From assembly GCA_963840855.1 (NCBI GenBank), contig CAWJBB010000086.1, forward strand, positions 1-30,107: a stretch of DNA of 30,107 nucleotides. The letters run 5' to 3'. Of the stretch, positions 9,525 to 15,882 are shown piece after piece. The notes beneath the pieces are model-generated. The model did not search any database. It had not been told where the DNA came from and saw only the letters and a list, made by a program, of their open reading frames with translations. This DNA comes from an uncultured delta proteobacterium. Its GTDB lineage: Bacteria; Desulfobacterota; Binatia; UBA9968. A program made the translations under genes and the position numbers. How positions within the stretch are numbered: position 1 is the first letter of the stretch; each line of letters opens with the position of its first letter.

Positions 9525-9552
9525 CTGGATTTCCGCTTGCGCGGAAATGACG
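9525..9552. repeat. REP-like palindrome (CTGGATT.CCGC...GCGG.AATGACG family)
   Basis: ctggATTTCCGC ttgc GCGGAAAT gacg; same family as the right halves of 24437-24544 and 29888-29992. Confidence 0.75.
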
Positions 9553-9603
9553 ATCACTCCCCGGCTGTCCAGAACAGCCTTAACGATTCGAATCTCCCGA
9601 CGA

Positions 9604-9678
9604 TTTGAACTTCTTGAACGACTTGAACGTTTTGAACGAAACGTTGCTCGTTGAACCTTGAACTTTGAACCTTGAACA
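9604..9678. repeat. Compound array: four 9-bp units then four 7-bp units (TTGAAC core)
   Basis: 9604-9639 tttgaactt cttgaacga cttgaacgt tttgaacga; 9651-9678 ttgaacc ttgaact ttgaacc ttgaaca. Confidence 0.88.
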
Positions 9679-9685
9679 GTCTCGT

Positions 9686-10237
9686 CTAGGCCAATGCCGC
9701 TTTCTTGCGCTCAGGTTCGACCAAGATTTCAACGAGTTTATCGAACGCCGCCTCCGCGCGCTTGTTCACGTCATCGAGCTTCACGGTGCCGATGGGATGC
9801 TGGACTACGAGCACCGGATGATCCGGCGCGCCGAAGGCTTCCTTTTCGGATTTGGCCAACGCATCGAAGGCATGGGTGATGACGGTCACGGCCAACCTGC
9901 CGCGCTTTTGGATCTCGATCGAGTCGTGGACACTCCACGACGTGCACGATCCTCAATCGCCCAGGCCGCTCAGGACGAAGTCCGCCTGAGCCGCCAGCTC
10001 ATCCAGAAATTCCTTCGGTGCTCCCGCTTGCGCCGTGATTTTGCGCCGCGCGATCACCTTGGCGACGCCAAGCCGCTCTTTAAGCAACTCGGCGAAACGC
10101 TCTTCGAGCTTGTCCGCGTTGGGCTTGCTGTTGTCCAACAAGCCGATGGTCTTGCCGCTCAAATCAGCAAACCGCGGCAACGCCGCCACTCTGGCAGCCG
10201 AAGTACGCGCTTTCCCTTCCGGGCTTAACACGATCAT
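9686..10237 (-). CDS. UGSC-family selenoprotein, 183 aa, Sec at codon 95 (TGA 9955-9953)
   Basis: Track ORFs 9953..10237 and 9686..9895 are in the same frame and join as ...FVLSGLGD-TGA-GSCTSWSVHDSIEIQKRGRLAVTVIT...QHPIG. UxxC motif, SECIS-like hairpin, SD GAGGAGG upstream. Confidence 0.9.
9917..9951 (-). promoter_or_regulatory. Putative bacterial SECIS element
   Basis: mRNA reads UGA g GAUCG ugcac GUCGUGGA gug UCCACGAC u CGAUC. The perfect 8-bp apical stem starts 11 nt after the UGA, has a G/U loop, and sits on a 5-bp lower stem. Confidence 0.8.
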
Positions 10238-10283
10238 CTATACGCCCTCCTCGCATTCCATGAGTCAAAGATTTCCAATGCCG

Positions 10284-10313
10284 ACTATAGTTGACTCAGC
10301 ACGAAAGTATCAA
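10284..10313 (-). promoter_or_regulatory. Putative sigma70 promoter of the selenoprotein operon
   Basis: Minus strand TTGATA (10313-10308), 18 nt, TATAGT (10289-10284), ~47 nt upstream of the ATG. Confidence 0.55.
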
Positions 10314-10326
10314 ACGTGCGGCGGGC

Positions 10327-10425
10327 TGTTCAAGGTTCAATGTTCAAAGTTCAACGTTTCGGATCCGGATTTAGGGACTCCGGTTTCAGGTTTCGACTGC
10401 AACCTTGAACCTTGAACTTTGAACG
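10327..10425. repeat. Inverted pair of 7-bp tandem arrays, (NGTTCAA)4 ... (TTGAACN)3-4
   Basis: 10327-10354 tgttcaa ggttcaa tgttcaa agttcaa; 10398-10425 tgcaacc ttgaacc ttgaact ttgaacg. Confidence 0.88.
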
Positions 10426-10426
10426 G

Positions 10427-10457
10427 CGTAGCTCCGGCGTGAAACGCCGGAGCTACG
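10427..10457 (-). terminator. Perfect 14-bp hairpin overlapping the merR stop codon (terminator or GTAG-type REP)
   Basis: CGTAGCTCCGGCGT-gaa-ACGCCGGAGCTACG; no clear U-tract. Confidence 0.6.
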
Positions 10458-10806
10458 ATAGCAGCTTGCGCAGGGTCTCTAACTCTTTTTTGACTTTGAC
10501 CAGGACGTTTCGATACTTTTGGTCGACCAGGGGGAGTTTAAGCTGGTGTTTCTCTTCTTTCTTGGATTCTTTGAGTTTCTTTCGCGCACCTTCGATGGTG
10601 AACCCCTCCGTGTAAAGCAGCCGTTTAATATCCAACAGCAGCTCGACGTCCCGCTTTTTGTATAAGCGGTGGCGCGAGGGTGCCTTGGAGGGCTTCAACA
10701 CGTCGAACTCGGTTTCCCAGTAGCGCAAAACATAAGGTTCGACGCCTAGGATTTCGCTCACTTCGCCGATCTTGAAATAAATCTTATCGGGCAAACGTGA
10801 AGCCAT
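10453..10806 (-). CDS. MerR-family HTH regulator of the type conserved downstream of ihfA
   Basis: LPDKIYFKIGEVS..LGVEPYVLRYWETEF, R.Y...D, LLYTEGFTIEGAR. Confidence 0.92.
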   Translation of the reverse strand: MASRLPDKIYFKIGEVSEILGVEPYVLRYWETEFDVLKPSKAPSRHRLYKKRDVELLLDIKRLLYTEGFTIEGARKKLKESKKEEKHQLKLPLVDQKYRNVLVKVKKELETLRKLLS

Positions 10807-10815
10807 GGCGGTTGC

Positions 10816-11142
10816 TTATTCGGACGCCGGGGCCGCCGGGGAGGAGACCGGCGACGGGGTCGGCGACATGGTATTCAAGCTTTTTTTCATGATCTGGCTC
10901 GCTTTGAACGTCAATACTTTGCGTCCGACGATGATGATCTCGTCGCCGGTCTGGGGATTGCGTCCTTTGCGCGGACGCTTGGTGTTGACGACGAAGTTTC
11001 CGAAACCCGAAATTTTGACTTTCTCGCCGCGCTCGAGGCAACCTTTGATGATGTCGAAGGTCGCCTCCACGACGTCGGTGGCATCCTTTTTGGAAAAACC
11101 CACTTTCTCGTAAATGCACGCGATAATTTCCGCCTTCGTCAT
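10816..11142 (-). CDS. ihfA: Integration host factor subunit alpha
   Basis: MTKAEI, VKISGFGNF, GRNPQTG, RKVLTFKAS; follows pheT; Pro/Ser/Ala-rich tail. Confidence 0.92.
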   Translation of the reverse strand: MTKAEIIACIYEKVGFSKKDATDVVEATFDIIKGCLERGEKVKISGFGNFVVNTKRPRKGRNPQTGDEIIIVGRKVLTFKASQIMKKSLNTMSPTPSPVSSPAAPASE

Positions 11143-11178
11143 AACTTACCCTTCCCTTCTCCAGCGCCTCGTCATGCG

Positions 11179-13263
11179 TTAGCTGCGCAGTTCAGCGCCG
11201 AAAACTTTCTCGACTTCCGTAACTAGATTTTCGTGCCGCTCGTTGATTTCCGCGTCCGTCAGAGTCCGGTCCTCGGCCCGGTAAGAAATTTTGTACGCCA
11301 AGCTTTTTTTGCCCTCCGCGACTGGAGCGCCGCGGTACTCGTCAAAGATTTCAACATTTTCGATCAATGCTTCACGACGGTTCTTAATCCAACTGATGAT
11401 CCGTTGCGACTGGAAATCGCGTTCAACAACCACAGCAAAGTCTCGTGCAACCGATGGAAAACGTGGGAGCGCGCGCGTTGTGATTTGAGGCGGAGCATAC
11501 TCAAGCAATTTTTCCAAGTCAAGTTCGCAAACGCAAAACGGCGGCACGCCGAGTTCGTCGCAAATATCGGGGTGTATCTGACCGAGATAGCCGAGCTTCT
11601 GAGCGCCGATGCGCGCCAGGGCGGCCCGCCCCGGATGGAGCGCGGCAACCGCGTATTCACTCCACGAAATTTCATCGCCGATGCGCAACAAATCCAACAC
11701 GCCTTCCACCAGCCCCTTGCAGTCGAGAAATCCCAAAGGACGCTCTCCCGCCTCGCGCAGGCCTCGCCGCGCCCGCGGCCCGTAGAGTATGCCGGACAAA
11801 TAAAGCCGTTCCGCCGGCGCGCCGTCTTGCGCCGTGTGAAAGACTTTGCCCAGGTGGTAGGCGCAAAAGCTAGCGGTCTTTTGCGCTAGATTCAACCGCA
11901 GGTTCTCGATCAGCCCGGGTACCAGGCTCAGACGCAACTCGGCGCTTTCCTGCACCAACGGATTCACCACAGCCGGCGGCGCGGCGGCGCCCTCCCAAAG
12001 CCCCGTGAAAATCCGGTTGAGTCTTTCGCTCGTGAAAGGCAAATTGATCACTTCCACCAGGCCTTCCCCCGAGAGAAAGGCGCGCACTTTGCGCTCGCGG
12101 CAGAGCCGCTCGTCCTTCGCCCTGTCCGACGGGCGCAGTCGCGGTAGCGTCGAAGGAACTTTATCGTAACCATGCAGGCGCGCCAGCTCCTCGATGAGGT
12201 CGACTTCTCGCACCAGATCGGAGCGGCTTGGCGGTGGCAGGCATTTGATGATTTTGCCCGTCCGGCGCTCGGTCTTGACGCCGAGGGATTGCAAAAGTTT
12301 TTCCGCGCGCTTGCCGTCGATAGCGACGCCGAGAAGCTTCGCGATGCGTTCTTCGCGCAGCGCGATGGCGGAAGGTTTTGACCGTCGCGGATAGCAGTCG
12401 ACGACACCGGGCACGGCCGTTGCGCCGACCAGCTCGGCCAGCATGGCGGCGGCGCGGTCGAGGGCGGCAAGGGTACCATCGGGATCGACGCCTCTTTCAA
12501 AGCGGTGCGAGGCTTCGCTGTGGAGCCCCAGGCGCTTGGCCGTGCGTCGAATCGCAGTACCGTCGAAGTTGGCGCTCTCGAGCAATATCGATTTCGTGCT
12601 CTCCCTTACTTCGGAATCCATTCCGCCCATCACACCAGCAAGCGCCACGGGATCATCGCCGGCACAGATAAGCAGATCCTCGGCCACCAGTTCCCGTTGA
12701 GCGCCGTCCAGTGTCGTAAATTTCATCGCTTTTCCCGCCGGCCTGACCACGATACGGCGCCCGGGTAAAAGATCGAGATCGAAAGCATGGAGCGGTTGGC
12801 CGGTCTCCAGCATGACATAATTGGTGATATCGACGACGTTGTTGATGGCGCGGATGCCGCAGGCTTCGAGGCGAAAACGCAACCATGCGGGGGACGGGCC
12901 GATCTTGACGCCGTCTACGATGCGAGCCGAATAACGCGGGCACAAGCGGGGATCTTCGATCGTTACGCTCACCCCTTTTGCGGCGGCAGGGCGGCGCTTT
13001 AGCGGCGCACCGGCTTTTACGCCTTTCACTGCCCCGCCGGTCAACGCCGCGACTTCCCTGGCGATGCCCCTTAAACCAAGGCAATCTCCGCGATTGGGCG
13101 TCACAGCGATCTCAAAAAGCCAATCATCGCGGTTCGTCTCCGGCTCCCTTAACCGGGTGATGGATTCGACCTCAAGACCCGCCATGGTTAGCATTTCGGC
13201 GAGCTTTTCAGGCGTCGTCTTTACGGCGATGAATTCGTTGAGCCAGTTGAAAGTGAACTTCAT
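11179..13263 (-). CDS. pheT: Phenylalanine-tRNA ligase beta subunit (short form lacking B2/tRNA-bind domain)
   Basis: TPNRGDCLG, INNVVDITNYVMLETGQPLHAFD, RFERGVD, DLIEELARLHGYD, C-terminal FDX-ACB (GKKSLAY..DRTLTD). Confidence 0.97.
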   Translation of the reverse strand: MKFTFNWLNEFIAVKTTPEKLAEMLTMAGLEVESITRLREPETNRDDWLFEIAVTPNRGDCLGLRGIAREVAALTGGAVKGVKAGAPLKRRPAAAKGVSVTIEDPRLCPRYSARIVDGVKIGPSPAWLRFRLEACGIRAINNVVDITNYVMLETGQPLHAFDLDLLPGRRIVVRPAGKAMKFTTLDGAQRELVAEDLLICAGDDPVALAGVMGGMDSEVRESTKSILLESANFDGTAIRRTAKRLGLHSEASHRFERGVDPDGTLAALDRAAAMLAELVGATAVPGVVDCYPRRSKPSAIALREERIAKLLGVAIDGKRAEKLLQSLGVKTERRTGKIIKCLPPPSRSDLVREVDLIEELARLHGYDKVPSTLPRLRPSDRAKDERLCRERKVRAFLSGEGLVEVINLPFTSERLNRIFTGLWEGAAAPPAVVNPLVQESAELRLSLVPGLIENLRLNLAQKTASFCAYHLGKVFHTAQDGAPAERLYLSGILYGPRARRGLREAGERPLGFLDCKGLVEGVLDLLRIGDEISWSEYAVAALHPGRAALARIGAQKLGYLGQIHPDICDELGVPPFCVCELDLEKLLEYAPPQITTRALPRFPSVARDFAVVVERDFQSQRIISWIKNRREALIENVEIFDEYRGAPVAEGKKSLAYKISYRAEDRTLTDAEINERHENLVTEVEKVFGAELRS

Positions 13264-13267
13264 AAAA

Positions 13268-13335
13268 ATGGAATGATGGAATCATGGAGTGATGAGTTGT
13301 CCGAACCAATCTTCCACCATTCCAATATTCCATTA
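13268..13335. repeat. Inverted pair of 8-bp tandem arrays between pheS and pheT
   Basis: atggaatg atggaatc atggagtg ... ttccacca ttccaata ttccatta. Confidence 0.8.
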
Positions 13336-13352
13336 CAGCCCCCAGCTCGCGT

Positions 13353-14396
13353 TTAGCTGAATTGTCTTAGAAATCTCAGGTCATTGTGAAAAAAGAGCCG
13401 GATATCGTCGATGCCAAATTTCAGCATGGCGATGCGCTCGACGCCCATGCCGAAGGCGAAGCCCGAGATTTTCTCCGCATCGTAGCCGACAAAGCGAAAG
13501 ACCGCCGGGTCGATCATGCCGGCACCCATGATCTCGAGCCAGCCGGTCCCCTTACATATACGACAGTTTTGACCGCCGGATATCTTCCCCCGTCCGCTAC
13601 AGAACAAACAACCTATATCAATCTCCGTGCTTGGCTCGGTAAACGGAAAATAACTCGGACGAAATCTTACGCCGGTCTCTCGGCTGAATATCTGCCGGAG
13701 AAAATGCGTCAATACGCCCTTGAGGTCTGAAAAGGCGATATCCCGGTCCACCATGAAGCCTTCCACTTGGTGGAACATCGGCGAGTGCGTCGCATCATCG
13801 TCGCCCTGGCGGTAGACGGCGCCGGGTACGATCACTTGCAGCGGCGGCTGGCGGCTTTCCATGGTGCGGATTTGCACCGGAGAAGTATGAGTGCGGAGCA
13901 AATGGCCGCTGGACACGAAAAACGTATCCTGCATGTCCCGCGCGGGGTGATCTTTCGGGATATTGAGCGCCTCGAAGTTATGGTAGTCGTCTTCGATATC
14001 GGGTCCGCGAGCGATTTCAAAACCCATGCCCTGGAAAACATCGATGATTTCATCGATGACCAGCGTGAGCGGATGCGTCCGTCCTCGCTCCCAGCGCGTC
14101 CCCGGCAAGGTGACGTCCACCCGCTCATCTATCAGCGCGCGCTCCCGCGCGGTTTGTTTAACGACGGCGAGACGAGTGTCCAGCTCTTCTTCGAGCTGAT
14201 GCCGCAGTTGATTGAGCCGTTCGCCGGCCCGCGGCCGCTCCTCCGCCGGTAAATCCTTCAGACCGCGCAAGAGCAGCGTTACCTGTCCTTTGCGGCCCAG
14301 GACTTCGACACGAAGCTCTTCGATTTCCGCCTCGGAGCCGCACTGCTGAACGCGCTGCGCTACGTCGCCACGTAAATTGTCGATGGAATCGAGCAT
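13353..14396 (-). CDS. pheS: Phenylalanine-tRNA ligase alpha subunit
   Basis: HPARDMQDTF, LRTHTSPVQIR, THSPMFHQVEG, RPSYFPFTEPS, GFAFGMGVER; ATG 14396 (TTG 14399 alternative). Confidence 0.98.
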   Translation of the reverse strand: MLDSIDNLRGDVAQRVQQCGSEAEIEELRVEVLGRKGQVTLLLRGLKDLPAEERPRAGERLNQLRHQLEEELDTRLAVVKQTARERALIDERVDVTLPGTRWERGRTHPLTLVIDEIIDVFQGMGFEIARGPDIEDDYHNFEALNIPKDHPARDMQDTFFVSSGHLLRTHTSPVQIRTMESRQPPLQVIVPGAVYRQGDDDATHSPMFHQVEGFMVDRDIAFSDLKGVLTHFLRQIFSRETGVRFRPSYFPFTEPSTEIDIGCLFCSGRGKISGGQNCRICKGTGWLEIMGAGMIDPAVFRFVGYDAEKISGFAFGMGVERIAMLKFGIDDIRLFFHNDLRFLRQFS

Positions 14397-14420
14397 CAAA
14401 TCGGCGAACGAGGGACCCGT

Positions 14421-14780
14421 TTAAGCGCTGAGGTGAGATTTCGCGGTGGCGGCTATTTGGCTAAAACCGGGCGCGTCCACCATGGCCACTTCTGCCAATA
14501 CTTTTCGGTCTAATTGCACGCCGGCCTTCTTGAGGCCGTTCATCAACTGGCTATAAGAAAGCCCGTTGAGTTGGGCCGCCGCGCCGATGCGCGTGATCCA
14601 CAGTCCGCGAAAGGTGCGCTTTTTGACCCGCCGGTCGCGGTAGGCGAAAGCCAGCGACCGCTCGACGGTCTCGCGGGCGGAACGATACAAGCGGCCGCGT
14701 CCACCCACGTAGCCCTTGGCCAGCTTCATGATTTTTTTTCTTCTCTGCCGGGATTTACTCCCGCCTTTTACTCTCGGCAC
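14421..14780 (-). CDS. rplT: 50S ribosomal protein L20
   Basis: MPRVK, AKGY.G, AYRDRR.KKR.FR.LWITRI, LDRKVLA. Confidence 0.98.
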   Translation of the reverse strand: MPRVKGGSKSRQRRKKIMKLAKGYVGGRGRLYRSARETVERSLAFAYRDRRVKKRTFRGLWITRIGAAAQLNGLSYSQLMNGLKKAGVQLDRKVLAEVAMVDAPGFSQIAATAKSHLSA

Positions 14781-14823
14781 GTCAACACTCCTTCCAAATC
14801 CGAAACTATTGTTCCGCCGGCGG

Positions 14824-15021
14824 CTACAGATAGGGAATCAGTTTGCGAATATTTTTTTGCTCCACCGCGGCCACCGTTGTCGCGTGGCGCAAGTTGCGCT
14901 TGCGCTTCTTGTTTTTGCTCGAAAGTATATGGCGTTTATATGCCTTGTTGCGCTTGACCTTGCCGCTTCCGGTCACTTTGAATCTCTTCGCTGCTGAACT
15001 ATTGGTTTTGATCTTCGGCAC
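14824..15021 (-). CDS. rpmI: 50S ribosomal protein L35
   Basis: [29 protein letters not shown]. Confidence 0.98.
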   Translation of the reverse strand: MPKIKTNSSAAKRFKVTGSGKVKRNKAYKRHILSSKNKKRKRNLRHATTVAAVEQKNIRKLIPYL

Positions 15022-15067
15022 TTTTTTACTCCTCTAACTTTGATCAGTGCAAAATACTGCGTTCCGA

Positions 15068-15571
15068 TTACTTTGGCGTGAGCAGCATCGCCATGCTCCG
15101 GCCTTCCAACCTGGGTTCGATGTCCACTTTTGCGACATCCGTCAATTGCGCCGACACACCGGTGAGCATTTGTCTGCCTAACTCCGGATGGGTAATCTCG
15201 CGCCCTCGGAAAAATATCGAGACTTTCACCCGCTGCCCTTTTTCGATGAAATTGCGAATATTTTTCACTTTGTGCACGACATCATGGGGATCGGTGCGGG
15301 AACCCATTTTTACTTCCTTGACGTCCACCACCCCGTGTTTTTTCGCGCCGTGGGATTTTTTCTTTTGCTCGTAGCGAAACTTGCCGTAGTCCATTATACG
15401 GCACACCGGCGGCTGGGCCTCAGCCGCCACCTCGACCAAATCCAGTCCCGCCGCGTCCACCAGGCGGAGCGCCTCGTGCAGCGGCATCACTCCCAATTGC
15501 TCCCCGGCAGCGCCGATGACTCTCACGTCGCGCGCGCGTATTTGATGATTGATCCTCGCTTCTCTAGCGAT
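15068..15571 (-). CDS. infC: Translation initiation factor IF-3, non-canonical ATC start
   Basis: LDLVEV, PPVCRIMDYGKFRY, FRGREITHPELG. Conserved RINHQIRARDVRVI lies upstream of the track start; SD GGAGGT precedes in-frame ATC at 15571. Confidence 0.95.
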   Translation of the reverse strand: MAREARINHQIRARDVRVIGAAGEQLGVMPLHEALRLVDAAGLDLVEVAAEAQPPVCRIMDYGKFRYEQKKKSHGAKKHGVVDVKEVKMGSRTDPHDVVHKVKNIRNFIEKGQRVKVSIFFRGREITHPELGRQMLTGVSAQLTDVAKVDIEPRLEGRSMAMLLTPK

Positions 15572-15614
15572 AAAACACCTCCGTCGATTGTCGGACGCTC
15601 ATATTGTGTTTCTT

Positions 15615-15731
15615 CTGAAAAACCCGTTGCCATGCTTCGACAAGTTCAGCATCAACGGAAAATGCTTGACGTTATCCATCTCCTCCCCGTTCGCCCTGGG
15701 CCTGTCGAAGGGTGACCGGTAGGTTTTTCAG
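15615..15731. mobile_element. MITE-like element with terminal inverted repeats and internal palindromes
   Basis: Perfect 10-bp TIR CTGAAAAACC / GGTTTTTCAG (14/15 when extended); internal CTTCGACAAGTTCAG is complementary to CTGGGCCTGTCGAAG; no transposase ORF. Confidence 0.6.
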
Positions 15732-15735
15732 CAGA

Positions 15736-15876
15736 ATGAAGCTCCTCGGAGCAAAGCTCCGAGATATCTTTGCGAAATTCTCCGAAGCCCTTCCACCCTC
15801 CTTCGCCAAGGCTACGGAGGGTTCTCCTCGCCTTCATCTTCGCAGCAAGCTGCGAGGGATTCGGCGAAGGAGAATA
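15736..15876. repeat. Composite REP-like element with three hairpins
   Basis: CTCGGAGC-aaa-GCTCCGAG; CCCTCCTTCGCC-aa-GGCTACGGAGGG; TCGCAGC-aa-GCTGCGA. Confidence 0.7.
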
Positions 15877-15882
15877 ATATTC

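Noticed and set aside
9686-9895. 69-aa ORF as an independent gene
   Set aside because: TTG start without an SD; it is the in-frame C-terminal part of the selenoprotein.
13550-13612. CxxC...CxxC insert in PheS
   Set aside because: A common zinc-ribbon variant in many bacterial PheS proteins; not unusual.
15572-15882. L20 leader or T-box upstream of infC or thrS
   Set aside because: No recognisable leader motif; the space is explained by repeat elements. An Rfam scan would be needed to exclude it fully.
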